Origin: an uncultured Acidobacteriaceae bacterium
GTDB taxonomy: Bacteria; Acidobacteriota; Terriglobia; Terriglobales; Acidobacteriaceae
DNA length: 60,262 bases
Assembly (NCBI GenBank): GCA_964250195.1
Contig: CAXUEU010000003.1
Coordinates: 1 to 60,262, forward strand
Direction of reading: 5' to 3'
Part shown: piece by piece, positions 1-9,427 of the stretch
Position numbering within the stretch: position 1 is the first letter of the stretch
Layout of the letters: every line of letters starts with the position of its first letter
Notes under the pieces: generated by a model
Databases searched by the model: none
What the model saw: only the letters and a program-made list of their open reading frames with translations
What the model was told of the DNA's origin: nothing
Made by a program: the position numbers and the translations under genes

Positions 1-80
1 ACGATCAGCAGGTCCCGCACCTCGTCAACCCCATTGGCGGGGTCGACGACCCGCCCGCCCCGCACCAGCAGCGCGCTCAT
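1..80 (-). CDS. pyrC: Dihydroorotase, N-terminal fragment (runs off window)
   Basis: Manual translation MSALLVRGGRVVDPANGVDEVRDLLI; ATGA overlap with pyrB stop; pyrR-pyrB-pyrC order. Confidence 0.85.
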   Translation of the reverse strand, partial: MSALLVRGGRVVDPANGVDEVRDLLI

Positions 81-1009
81 ATCTGCAACTCTCCCAGCGC
101 CCGGCTCACCAGAGCCATCCGCACCGCCAAACCGTGCCGCACCTGCTCCTCGATCAGCGAGCGGGGCCCATCCGCGACCGCGTCCACGATCTCCATACCC
201 CGGATCATGGGCCCCGGGTGCATCACCCACTGCTCCGGACGCACCCGCCCTTCGCGCAGCTGGTAGCCGTTCCGGTACTGCTCCAAGTTCAAGTCGAGCC
301 CCAGGAGCCGCTCCGCCTGGATGCGCAGCATCATCACCACGTCCGCCCGCCCGAGCGCCCGGTCGAAGTCGCGCTCGATTTCGACTCCCGGCCCGAGCTC
401 CGCCGCGGCGGAAGGCAGCAGCGCAGGAGGCCCGCACAGCACCACCCGCGCCCCCATACGAGGCAGCAGCAGCGCATTCGACCGCGCGACCCGGCTGTGC
501 AGGATGTCGCCGCAGATCGCGACCGTGACCCCGTCCAGGGTGCGCTCGCTTACCTGTTCGACCCCGTCGCGCAGCACGGCCAGCATCGTCCGGAGGTCCA
601 AAAGCGCCTGCGAAGGGTGCTGGTGCATGCCGTCCCCCGCATTCAGCACCGGCAGGCCCGTCACCCGCTCCAGCAGGTAGGGCGCGCCGGAGAACGCGCT
701 GCGCAGGATAATCGCCTCCGCGCCCAGCGCCCGCAGGGTCAGCCCGGTGTCCTTGAGCGACTCGCCTTTCTCAATGCTCGACGACTTGTCGCTGACCAGC
801 GTCGTGTCCGCGCCCAGCGCCTTCGCGGCCAGCTCGAAGCTGGTCCGGGTCCGCGTGCTCGACTCGTAAAACAGGAGCGCCACCCGCCGCTTCAACAGCT
901 GCCGCGAGCGCGCGAACAGGTCTTCCCGCTCCAGATCCGTCGCCAACCGCAGAATCTCGCTCACATCGTCGAGCGCGAGGTCCTCAATCCCCAACAGCGA
1001 GCCTTTCAA
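77..1009 (-). CDS. pyrB: Aspartate carbamoyltransferase catalytic subunit
   Basis: FYESSTRTRTSFE, HPSQALLD, MHPGP motifs; TTG start overlaps pyrR stop. Confidence 0.95.
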   Translation of the reverse strand: MKGSLLGIEDLALDDVSEILRLATDLEREDLFARSRQLLKRRVALLFYESSTRTRTSFELAAKALGADTTLVSDKSSSIEKGESLKDTGLTLRALGAEAIILRSAFSGAPYLLERVTGLPVLNAGDGMHQHPSQALLDLRTMLAVLRDGVEQVSERTLDGVTVAICGDILHSRVARSNALLLPRMGARVVLCGPPALLPSAAAELGPGVEIERDFDRALGRADVVMMLRIQAERLLGLDLNLEQYRNGYQLREGRVRPEQWVMHPGPMIRGMEIVDAVADGPRSLIEEQVRHGLAVRMALVSRALGELQI

Positions 1010-1581
1010 GCTGAGACTCTCTCCACGATCAACACCTGCTCGTCCCCGTCGATCTCCCGCAGCTTGACCTCGATGATCTCCTGCCGCGAGGTCTGCACCA
1101 CGCGCCCGGTAAAGCCGGCCTCGATAGGCAGTTCGCGGTGCCCGCGGTCGATCAGCACCAGCAGCTGCACCCGGTTCGGCCGCCCGTGCGCGAACAAGGC
1201 GTCCAGCGCCGCCCGCGTTGTCCTCCCGGTATACAAAACATCGTCCACCAGCACGATGTTGCGCCCGGTCACGTCGAACCCGATCTCCCCCGGGTGCACC
1301 ACCGGCCGCACATCGTGCGTGGACAGGTCGTCCCGGTAGAACTCGATATCGAGCGCACCCACGTCCACCGGCTGCTTCTCGATGCCCTCGATCAGACGGG
1401 CGAGCCGCTGCGCCAAGGGCACCCCGCGCCGCTTGATTCCGACCAGGCCAAGGTTCTCCCCGCCGTGGTTGCGCTCGATGATCTGGTGCGCCAGCCGCAC
1501 CAGCGTCCGCTCGATCTCCGACGGCGAAAGAATCCGCCCCTTCTCCCGCAGCCGCGCCGTTCCCGTCCCCGAATCCGTCAT
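1006..1581 (-). CDS. pyrR: Pyrimidine regulatory protein / uracil phosphoribosyltransferase
   Basis: LDIEFYRDDL, LVDDVLYTGRTTRAA, DRGHRELPI motifs. Confidence 0.96.
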   Translation of the reverse strand: MTDSGTGTARLREKGRILSPSEIERTLVRLAHQIIERNHGGENLGLVGIKRRGVPLAQRLARLIEGIEKQPVDVGALDIEFYRDDLSTHDVRPVVHPGEIGFDVTGRNIVLVDDVLYTGRTTRAALDALFAHGRPNRVQLLVLIDRGHRELPIEAGFTGRVVQTSRQEIIEVKLREIDGDEQVLIVERVSA

Positions 1582-1606
1582 CGCTTCCCAGCATAGCGCG
1601 GCTTCG

Positions 1607-1684
1607 GTGCGTCCGGAAAAAGCGGCCGAAGTCCCGGCCGGTGCGCGCCTCGTGGTGCGCGGCCCTTGTGCGTCCGGAAAAAGC
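1607..1684. repeat. Perfect 17-bp direct repeat GTGCGTCCGGAAAAAGC (1607-1623, 1668-1684) upstream of pyrR
   Basis: Read directly from sequence. Confidence 0.9.
1617..1640 (-). terminator. Candidate intrinsic terminator between ruvA and pyrR
   Basis: Minus strand CGGCCGG-GACT-TCGGCCG followed by CTTTTT. Confidence 0.5.
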
Positions 1685-1713
1685 TCATACGCGATCCACG
1701 ACGGCAGATACCC

Positions 1714-2304
1714 TTACCGAATCAACCCCAGCACCGCCCGAAACAGCCCCTCGAACTGCCCACCCAAGTCGGCATCCTTGGCCAGCGCCGCCTCCAGAGC
1801 CTTGCCCGCCGAAGCCCGGTTGTACCCAAGATTCACCAGCGCCGACAAAACATCCTCTCCCACTGGCACCTGCAACACCTCAACCGCTCCCCTTGACGAA
1901 AAATCCTCCAGCTTTTCCTTGAGCTCCACCACCAGGCGCTCCGCCAAACGCTTGCCCACCCCGGGAATCCGCACCAACCGCGCATGGTCCCCCGCCCGGA
2001 TCGCGCCGATCGTCTCCGCCGCGGACATCCCGCTCAGGATCGTCAGTGCCAGCTTCGGCCCCACTCCGGCTACCGTGATGAGCCGCTCGAACAGGCGCTT
2101 CTCCCCCGCCTCCCCGAAGCCGAACAGAGCCAGCGTATCCTCGCGCACCACGGTGTACACATGCAGGGCGCACTCCCCGCCCGCCGGCGGCAGGGCCGAG
2201 TAGGTGGGGATCGACACAGCGGCTTGGTAGCCCACGCCCCCGCACTCCACCACGCAGGTGCCCGGCTCACTCCACAGCAAACGCCCACGCAGGTGTGCAA
2301 TCAT
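1714..2304 (-). CDS. ruvA: Holliday junction branch migration protein RuvA
   Basis: MIAHLRG, GGVGY, VRED-LFGF, HhH motifs GVGPKLA and IPGVGKRLAER. Confidence 0.96.
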   Translation of the reverse strand: MIAHLRGRLLWSEPGTCVVECGGVGYQAAVSIPTYSALPPAGGECALHVYTVVREDTLALFGFGEAGEKRLFERLITVAGVGPKLALTILSGMSAAETIGAIRAGDHARLVRIPGVGKRLAERLVVELKEKLEDFSSRGAVEVLQVPVGEDVLSALVNLGYNRASAGKALEAALAKDADLGGQFEGLFRAVLGLIR

Positions 2305-2394
2305 CCCGTCATTCTAGAGCCCGGCTCCACGCTCCCGCGATCGGACAAGCCGTCCGGCGGCCGGTCCGGCGTGAGCCCCGGGATCGCCCCCGTC

Positions 2395-2853
2395 TCAGGA
2401 GAGCGGCCGGTTCAGCTCCGTGCGCCACTTCGCGGCGTCGGGGTTGGTCGCCGGGCCGACCAGGTAACGCTCCCACACCTCTTCCGTCGTGGCGATCCCT
2501 TCGCGCACGGCCCAGGCCATCAGCTCGCCCCAGGCTGCTGCCAAGCCGGAATAGGAACCCTCATGCACGGCGCGCAACACACGCATCGCGGGCCACTCCC
2601 CCGGTTCCATGCGCCTGGCCGGGCGCACGGGCTTTGAGACCGGAAAGCACACCTCGAAATCGAAAAACACATCCGGCGGACGGAAATGGTGCGTCAACAT
2701 GGGCCCGGCCGGGGCGACGCCTTGGGTTTGCATCTCCGCGAGCAGTTCGGCCACCAGCGCGCCCATGTGGGACTGGATCTCCCGCGACGGCACCCGCGCG
2801 CGAATCTTCGCCATTGGGAGTGCTTCGGTCTGAACGATGGATGGTGTCAGCAT
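2395..2853 (-). CDS. GyrI-like small-molecule-binding domain protein
   Basis: FDFEVCFPV, HEGSYSGLAAAW, WERYLVGP...WRTELNRPL; start at MLTPSIV. Confidence 0.75.
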   Translation of the reverse strand: MLTPSIVQTEALPMAKIRARVPSREIQSHMGALVAELLAEMQTQGVAPAGPMLTHHFRPPDVFFDFEVCFPVSKPVRPARRMEPGEWPAMRVLRAVHEGSYSGLAAAWGELMAWAVREGIATTEEVWERYLVGPATNPDAAKWRTELNRPLS

Positions 2854-3323
2854 GGGCTCTCCGTGATCTCGGCCCAGCGGATTTCGCGACCCCTTAAAAG
2901 AATGCTGCCGGCCGCGCCGAGCTTTCCTTCTCTGAAGCGAAGCAGAGTGCCGTCCAGCGGATCGACAACATAAAGGCCGGAAACGCCCATCGCCTCGAAA
3001 TCCGGCAAGCGACGCAGCACTGTGCCGAGCCCTTTTTCCGGGCTCAGGACTTCGATGACCAGCAGCGGCGGTACGGTCGGAATCGGCTCCATGCGGGCGT
3101 CCTCGTCGAATCCTGCGACATCGGCGATCCGGTAATGAGTTTCCGCGGCGCGGATGTGCCATGCCTCCGAACGCGCCCAAAAGAACGAACTCACCGCATC
3201 CATCCAGGCCGAGTGCCGTTCAGTGCCGAGAAAGCGTTCCTCGATCACTCCGTCGACATACTCCGCATCCGGCTCAAGCCCCTTGCGGAGGTACTCGTCG
3301 ACGGATGCGAAAGCAGCGCTCAT
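2847..3323 (-). CDS. Uma2 family putative endonuclease (apparent internal deletion)
   Basis: SVDEYL..EYVDGVIEER, RIADV, LVIEVLSP; shorter than the two paralogues in the window. Confidence 0.8.
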   Translation of the reverse strand: MSAAFASVDEYLRKGLEPDAEYVDGVIEERFLGTERHSAWMDAVSSFFWARSEAWHIRAAETHYRIADVAGFDEDARMEPIPTVPPLLVIEVLSPEKGLGTVLRRLPDFEAMGVSGLYVVDPLDGTLLRFREGKLGAAGSILLRGREIRWAEITESPC

Positions 3324-3332
3324 GACGAAATC

Positions 3333-5402
3333 CTAAAGCTCGACCGCATGCCGGGCAACGAGCTTCTTCGCCCGCTCGGCGAACTCAGCCAGCGGCACGG
3401 ACGCGCTCTCGTTCGTCCCGCGCCGGCGCACGCTCACCGCGCCCGCCTCGGCCTCCTTGTCGCCTATGACGAGGATGTACGGGATCTTCTGCAAACCCAG
3501 CTCGCGGATCTTCGCGTTCATCTTCTCGTTGCGCCCGTCCAGCTGCACGCGCAGCCCGGCCCGCTCCAGCTCGGCCTTCACTTGCCCGGCATACGCATGG
3601 TGCCGCTCCGCGATCGGCACGAGGCCCACCTGCACCGGCGCCAGCCACAGCGGGAACGCCCCGGCGTAGTGTTCGATCAGCACGCCGAAGAACCGCTCGA
3701 CAGACCCGTACAGCGCCCGGTGCACCATCACCGGCTGGTGCCGCCCGCCGTCCTCGCCCACATACTCGAGCTCGAACCGGGCGGGCAGGTTGAAGTCGAA
3801 CTGGACCGTGCTCAGCTGCCAGAGCCGTCCCAGCACATCCACCAGCTTGATGTCGATCTTGGGCCCATAGAAAGCAGCCTCGCCCGGCACCGTCGTGTAC
3901 GCGATGCCTTTCCGCTCTAGCGCCCGCTCCAGCGCGCCGGTCGCCCGCGCCCAGTTCTCGTCGGATCCGGCATACGTCGCGCGATCCTTCGGGTCCCAGG
4001 TGGAAAGCTCGACCTTGAACTCGCTGAACCCGAAGGTTTCGAGCACGGTCTGCGCGAACTCGATGCACCCCACCACCTCGTCCTCGATCTGGTCGGGGGT
4101 GCAGAAGATGTGCGCGTCGTCCTGGGTGAATCCGCGCACGCGCAGGAGGCCGTGCATGGTCCCCGACCGCTCGTACCGGTATACGTTGCCGAGCTCCGCG
4201 TAGCGCACCGGCAGGTCGCGGTAGCTCTTCGGCGCGTTCTTGTAGATCAGGATGTGGAACGGGCAGTTCATCGGCTTCATGCGGTAGTCCGCGTCGTCCA
4301 GCTCCATCGGCGTGAACATGTTGGCCGCGTAGAAGCCTTCGTGCCCGCTGGTCTGCCACAGGTTCACCCGCGCCACGTGCGGCGTGTACACGAGCTCATA
4401 CCCGCGCCGCACGCACTCTTCCCTCATCCAGTCCTCCATGATGCGGCGGACGGTCGCGCCCTTCGGGTGGAAGAACACGAGCCCTGCCCCGGCCAGCTCC
4501 TGGATCGAGAACAGGTCGAGCTGCTTGCCGAGGGTCCGGTGGTCGCGCCGGGCGATCTCTTCGAGGTGACGGAAGTGCTCGTCCAACGCTTTTTGCGAGA
4601 AGAAGGCGGTGCCGTAGATGCGCTGGAGCTGCGGGTTGCGCTCGTCGCCCAGCCAGTACGCCCCGGCGAGCGACAGCAGCCGGAACGCCTTGACCCGTCC
4701 GGTTGAAGGCACGTGCGGGCCGCGGCAGAAGTCGGTGAACTCTCCATTTTTGTAGAGCGAAATCTCCTCGCCCGGCTTGGTAAACCGCTCGATGAAGTGG
4801 ACCTTCATGAAGTCGCCCTGCCGCTCGTACTCCGCCAACCCGGCCGCGCGCGGCTCCCAAACACGCTCGAAGGGCGCGTTCCGCGCCGCCACCTCGGCCA
4901 TGCGCCCCTCGATCAGCTTCAGGTCTTCTTCCTTGAGCGGCCGCTCGAGCAGCACGTCATAAAAGAAGCCGGAATCCGTCGCGGGACCGTGGCCGAGCTT
5001 GACTCCGGGGTAAAGTTCCGTGAGCGCCGTCGCCATCACGTGCGCCGCCGAGTGGCGCAGCACCCGCAGCGCTTCCGGGTCGGTCTCCTTGAGGAGCGCC
5101 AGCGCGACGTCTTCGGTCAGTGGCTCCCGAAGGTCCAACAGCCGCTCCGCCCCGGCCTCCTGCCCGCCGTACATCGCCGCCTCGGTCGTGCCCGCCTCTG
5201 TGGCCGCGTCCCGCTCCGTCTGTTGGGCTGGAACGCGCAAAGGCCGCACCCGTGCTACCACCACGGCCTCGGCCAGCCTGGGCGAGATGCTCCGCGCCAC
5301 ATCCTGCGGCGTGGTTCCCGCCGCGACTTCCCGCACCGCCCCGTCGGGCAGCTGCACCCTGATCATTTCTTGCCCATCCAGCATTTGTGTTTGCTCGCTC
5401 AT
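3333..5402 (-). CDS. thrS: Threonine--tRNA ligase
   Basis: TGS domain, RHSAAHVM, DFCRGPH, RDHR, KPMNCPFH, RVRGFTQDDAH, FYGPKID, HRALYGSVERF. Confidence 0.97.
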   Translation of the reverse strand: MSEQTQMLDGQEMIRVQLPDGAVREVAAGTTPQDVARSISPRLAEAVVVARVRPLRVPAQQTERDAATEAGTTEAAMYGGQEAGAERLLDLREPLTEDVALALLKETDPEALRVLRHSAAHVMATALTELYPGVKLGHGPATDSGFFYDVLLERPLKEEDLKLIEGRMAEVAARNAPFERVWEPRAAGLAEYERQGDFMKVHFIERFTKPGEEISLYKNGEFTDFCRGPHVPSTGRVKAFRLLSLAGAYWLGDERNPQLQRIYGTAFFSQKALDEHFRHLEEIARRDHRTLGKQLDLFSIQELAGAGLVFFHPKGATVRRIMEDWMREECVRRGYELVYTPHVARVNLWQTSGHEGFYAANMFTPMELDDADYRMKPMNCPFHILIYKNAPKSYRDLPVRYAELGNVYRYERSGTMHGLLRVRGFTQDDAHIFCTPDQIEDEVVGCIEFAQTVLETFGFSEFKVELSTWDPKDRATYAGSDENWARATGALERALERKGIAYTTVPGEAAFYGPKIDIKLVDVLGRLWQLSTVQFDFNLPARFELEYVGEDGGRHQPVMVHRALYGSVERFFGVLIEHYAGAFPLWLAPVQVGLVPIAERHHAYAGQVKAELERAGLRVQLDGRNEKMNAKIRELGLQKIPYILVIGDKEAEAGAVSVRRRGTNESASVPLAEFAERAKKLVARHAVEL

Positions 5403-5500
5403 ACGCAAGCCCAGCATACCGGGGCCGGGCAGCGTTACCAAAAGCCGTGACGGCTCGCGAAAACGCTCGATTTCCCCAGCCCGATGCGGCACGATGGCAT

Positions 5501-5983
5501 ATGCTCTTCATTGAGTGGTGGATTGTACGCAGGCTCACCTCTGGGTTGCTGCTTGTGCTGGCTTCGTTTTGGCTGTTCTGGTCCGCAAGAAAGAAGCGAT
5601 CGCTCATACGCTTCCCTTTGCAAATCGTGAGTCTGCCGATGGCACTGCTCAGTTCTCTCTTCTTCGGCCTTACGCTCTTGGCCATTGGCTGTCAGAGTTA
5701 TGGCAAACCCCTCTACTCGCCCAATGGAAAACTGGCAGTGAGAACCGAAAACAGCGATGAAGGCGGCCTCGGCGGAGCGACGAGCGTTGTCATCTATCGA
5801 TGGCATGGATTCAACACGAGCCGGGTCTACGACGGTAGCTTTTTATCAGTCGAGGATAAAGACCTGCATTGGATCAGCGACTCGGAACTTCACATCGACT
5901 ATACGGACACCTTTGAACAATGCCGGAACGCAGGAGGTGTGACCGTGCACTGCGTCCCGAATGTAAATCCAGCTCAACGTTAG
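5501..5983 (+). CDS. Hypothetical membrane protein (two TM segments plus soluble domain)
   Basis: Two hydrophobic stretches then SPNGK beta-rich domain; lower GC than flanks. Confidence 0.55.
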   Translation: MLFIEWWIVRRLTSGLLLVLASFWLFWSARKKRSLIRFPLQIVSLPMALLSSLFFGLTLLAIGCQSYGKPLYSPNGKLAVRTENSDEGGLGGATSVVIYRWHGFNTSRVYDGSFLSVEDKDLHWISDSELHIDYTDTFEQCRNAGGVTVHCVPNVNPAQR

Positions 5984-6005
5984 AATGGAACAAAAAAGCC
6001 CAGCC

Positions 6006-6188
6006 ATGAAGTTCCACATCACGCTCGAACCGTCCTAAGACGGCTGGATCGTCGCCGAATGCCCCGCCCTGCCCGGCTGCTTCTCCCAAGGCCGGACGGA
6101 GCGGGAAGCCCTCACAAATATCCGGGAATCCATCATCGGCCGGCTCTACGCTGAGACGCAAAAGCAGAACAGCTCGGCGCTACACTGA
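6006..6188 (+). pseudogene. HicB-like antitoxin with in-frame TAA (6036-6038)
   Basis: MKFHITLEPS*DGWIVAECPALPGCFSQGRTEREALTNIRESI matches the HicB N-terminal pattern. Confidence 0.8.
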
Positions 6189-6192
6189 TTCC

Positions 6193-6430
6193 ATGCAAGT
6201 CACCGTCCAACTCGCCCCCGAGCTCCAGGCCCGGCTCGCCGCCGAAGCGCAAGCGCGCGGTCTTGCGCTCGGGAGCTACATTCCCATTCGGCTCGCCGAG
6301 TCGGTCTCAAGAACGGTTGCGGAACAGCGCCTTTGAAAAAGCAATCGACGAGCTTCGGATATTGCGCGAGGACAACATCCTTGGAGGCATTCCCATTAAA
6401 GATCTCATCGAAGAAGGCCGCAAGTACTGA
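6193..6430 (+). pseudogene. Antitoxin (VapB position) interrupted by a +1 shift at CTT-TGA
   Basis: MQVTVQLAPELQARLAAEAQARG...EQRL* continues in +1 frame as EKAIDELRILREDNILGGIPIKDLIEEGRKY*, ending TGATG-coupled to vapC. Confidence 0.7.
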
Positions 6431-6846
6431 TGGCGACCTTCGTCGCCGACGCATCTGTCGCGCCGGCGTGGTGCTTCAACGATGAAGCGACAGAAGCAAC
6501 GGATGATTTGCTCCGGCGAGTGCGTTTCGGGGATCGCTGTTCCGCTCCGGCGCACTGGCCAACCCAAGTCTCGAACGGCATGCTTGTCGCCGTTCGCCGG
6601 AAACGCATTGCTCCGGGTAGCCCTGATCTCCTTTGGGATCGACCGGGCGTGTTGCCGGTCGCCATCGAGCCGCCGCTTTCGCCCAATCAAGCGAAAGCAG
6701 TGCTTGCCTTGAGCGAGCAATACCAGCTCACGGTTTATGACGCCGCCTATCTCGATCCTGCAAGCCGCAAAGGCTTCGCGCTTGCAACTTTGGTCGCCGC
6801 ACTGCGCCATGCTGCTCCATCGGAAGGCGTATCGCTGGTTCTTTGA
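6430..6846 (+). CDS. vapC: VapC/PIN-domain toxin, probably degenerate
   Basis: FVADAS, LTVYDAAYL, LATL motifs; two usually acidic positions appear as Q (WPTQV) and V (ATLV). Confidence 0.75.
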   Translation: MATFVADASVAPAWCFNDEATEATDDLLRRVRFGDRCSAPAHWPTQVSNGMLVAVRRKRIAPGSPDLLWDRPGVLPVAIEPPLSPNQAKAVLALSEQYQLTVYDAAYLDPASRKGFALATLVAALRHAAPSEGVSLVL

Positions 6847-6849
6847 GAT

Positions 6850-7830
6850 TCACCGCCACCACTCCGACCGCACCATCCCTTCTGCGACCTCGGTGGGGCT
6901 CCCCGGAGCGGGCGACCACAGAGGCACCCCCGGCTCGGCCCACATCCGCTCGATCGGCTCGCGCCAGCCGTGCAGAGCCAGATCGAACAGCCCCCAATGA
7001 ATCGGCATCAGTAGCCCGCCTCCGAGCTGCCCAAACGTCCGCAACGCCCCTTCCGGTCCCATGTGGATATCCTTCCACAGGTCGTTGTAGGCCCCGATCT
7101 CCAGCATCGTCAGGTCGAACGGGCCGTGCTCCCGCCCAACAGCCGCGAACCCGTCCCACTCACCCGAGTCCGCTCCATAAAAAACGCGATGCCGCGGCCC
7201 GGAGAGCACCCACGAGGCCCAGAGCGTCCCGAATCGGTTATGGAAGCCGCGCCCGGAAAAGTGGCGCGCCGGCATCGCCGTGATCGTCAGCGGCCCGACG
7301 GAAGCTCCCTCCGTCCAGTCCAGTTCCGTGACGGCGGTTGCTCCGAAACCGCGCAGGATCGCTCCCACGCCCAGCGCCGTGACCCAGCGCACCTCAGGCT
7401 GGAGCCGGGCCAGCTCCCGCACCGTCGCCGCGCCCAGGTGGTCGTAGTGGTCATGCGAGATCAGCACCGCGTCCAGCCTGGGTACCTCCCGCAAGCTCAA
7501 ACAGGGCGGGTAAAAGCGCTTCGGCCCCATCCAGTTAAAGGGTGAGGCGCGCTCGTCCCACACCGGGTCCACCAGCACGCGCGCACCGTCCATTTCGACG
7601 AGCATCGACGAGTGCCCGAACCAGGTGACCCGCAGCCCGCTCGCCGGCGGCGCGGTGTACGCGGCCGGGTCGGTACGGAACGGCCCCAGCCGTTGCTGCG
7701 GCTCCCGCTCCGCGCGGTTGAACACGAACTGCGGCAGCACCTTGAACACCGTCGACAGACCGCCCACCGAGGTCGGCACCGGATTGATGAACCGCTTGCC
7801 CTCGCGCCGCGCCCGCCCGATCACTTGCAT
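6850..7830 (-). CDS. MBL-fold metallo-hydrolase (NAPE-PLD/RomA-like)
   Basis: TWFGHSS, ISHDHYDHL, PARHFSGR, IGAY, PIHWG. Confidence 0.88.
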   Translation of the reverse strand: MQVIGRARREGKRFINPVPTSVGGLSTVFKVLPQFVFNRAEREPQQRLGPFRTDPAAYTAPPASGLRVTWFGHSSMLVEMDGARVLVDPVWDERASPFNWMGPKRFYPPCLSLREVPRLDAVLISHDHYDHLGAATVRELARLQPEVRWVTALGVGAILRGFGATAVTELDWTEGASVGPLTITAMPARHFSGRGFHNRFGTLWASWVLSGPRHRVFYGADSGEWDGFAAVGREHGPFDLTMLEIGAYNDLWKDIHMGPEGALRTFGQLGGGLLMPIHWGLFDLALHGWREPIERMWAEPGVPLWSPAPGSPTEVAEGMVRSEWWR

Positions 7831-7912
7831 CCCATGCATTCTATCGTCTCATTCTCCTGTCCACCTTCTCGTGGGAGTTGCAACGGAGGCTTCGCTTCCG
7901 CATACTTGCCCC

Positions 7913-8455
7913 ATGCCCGGCCTCTACTCCGGACCCTCCTCCGGCTCCGGCTCCGATTCGAAAGACCGCCCCGGCCCCTCGCGCCTGGCGAGCAACCTGG
8001 TCCTGTCCGCGTTTCTCGCCTCCTCGTTCAGCGTCGCGGCGCTCGCGCGGCCTTTCGCCGCCGACGGGCTGCACGGCTGGTACGGCACGTTGACGCAGCC
8101 CTGGTTCGCCCCGCCGGTTGCGGTTTTCGGTCCGGCCGCGTTCGTGCTGCTGGTGCTCCTGTCGCTCTCCGCCTGGGTCGCCTGGCGCGCGGCACCCTCG
8201 CTGGCCCGGGAGCACGGCATCCGCTTCTGGCCGGTGCAGCTGCTGAACACCTTCGCGTGGATCGGCGTGTTTTTCGGCCTCCATTCACTCCGCGCCGCGG
8301 TTTACAACCTGCTCGTCCTGATTCTCTCGGTAGTGCTCACCATCTGGCCTTTCTTCAAGGCCAGCCCTCTGGCCGGCTGGCTGCTCACTCCGTTTCTCGC
8401 CTCCTGCCTCTATGCGCTCTACCTCAATATCGGCATCGCGGTGCTGAACCGTTAA
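7913..8455 (+). CDS. TspO/MBR family tryptophan-rich sensory protein
   Basis: WYGTLTQPWFAPPVAVFGP, QLLN..W..VFFG, AGWLLTP; multi-TM. Confidence 0.8.
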   Translation: MPGLYSGPSSGSGSDSKDRPGPSRLASNLVLSAFLASSFSVAALARPFAADGLHGWYGTLTQPWFAPPVAVFGPAAFVLLVLLSLSAWVAWRAAPSLAREHGIRFWPVQLLNTFAWIGVFFGLHSLRAAVYNLLVLILSVVLTIWPFFKASPLAGWLLTPFLASCLYALYLNIGIAVLNR

Positions 8456-8460
8456 CGCTT

Positions 8461-8871
8461 ATGGCGAAAAACATTGAAGCCGCCGCGCCGGCCGAGGTCC
8501 GGATCGACAAGTGGCTCTGGGCCGCCCGCTTCTTCAAGGCGCGCGACCTGGCCGCGAAAGCCTGCGAGCTGGGACGCGTCGAGTCGAACGGCCAGCGCGC
8601 GAAAGCCGCACGGCCCGTGCGCGCGGGCGACACGCTCCGCATCAAGAACGAGGGCGGCGAGTTCGCGGTGGAGGTGCTGGCGCTGAGCGACACGCGCGGC
8701 CCGGCGGCCGTGGCGCAGACGCTGTACCGCGAGACCGAAGAGAGCAAGAAGCGGAGGGCCCTTGAGGCCGACGCCCGCCGCGCGCTCGGGGGCCTCAATG
8801 CCGCGGCTCTCGGCGGCCGCCCCGACTCCCGCGACCGCTCGGCGCGGGAGCGGCTGCGGGGCAAAGGTTAA
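8461..8871 (+). CDS. hslR: S4-domain ribosome-associated heat shock protein Hsp15
   Basis: VRIDKWLWAARFFKAR, RGPA..AQTLYRET, GRP. Confidence 0.88.
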   Translation: MAKNIEAAAPAEVRIDKWLWAARFFKARDLAAKACELGRVESNGQRAKAARPVRAGDTLRIKNEGGEFAVEVLALSDTRGPAAVAQTLYRETEESKKRRALEADARRALGGLNAAALGGRPDSRDRSARERLRGKG

Positions 8872-8874
8872 GGT

Positions 8875-9427
8875 TCATGCCAGCATCGCGCTGTATAGAA
8901 CATGAGGGTGAAGCGGGTGCCCTTCCGGCACGCGCGGGTTGTTGAAATCCAGCTCAGGCCTGTATGTCAGGCCGATTTTTCCATCACGCGCCGTGAACGC
9001 AGGTTGGCAGGCGCGGTAATCGCGACAACCTGCCGCAATTTGCAAATCTCGCGCGCGTATTGGAGCGCTGCGTGCGCCCCTTCCGTAGCAAGTCCCTGAC
9101 CCCAATAGGACGCACTCAATCGCCACCCGATTTCCACGGCTGGCTGCTCGATGCCCGATACAGCAAAGCTCATTTCCTGCAAACCTATAAATCCGACAAA
9201 TATTTGCGGTCCGCGCAACTCGGCGGCAAAGAACAGAATTCATGACGAGCTTGGTGCTCCCTGAAGCGCGCGACGGACGCATCACTTTCAGCCTGCGTCA
9301 ACAAGTTAGGGAAGAACTTGCGTACACGCGGGTCGGCGTTCATCTCGGCAAAAGACGCTCGATCCTCATTTTGCCACTCACGGAGCAGAAGTCGGTCCGT
9401 TTCGATGCCTCGAAAACCCGCAATCAC
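8875..9427 (-). pseudogene. RimJ/RimL-family GNAT acetyltransferase split by two frameshifts
   Basis: Three consecutive frames: ETDRLLLREW..MNADPRV; FVGFIGL..VEIGWRL..YWGQGLATE..NLRSRRVMEK; IGLTY..GHPLHPHVLY. Confidence 0.8.
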
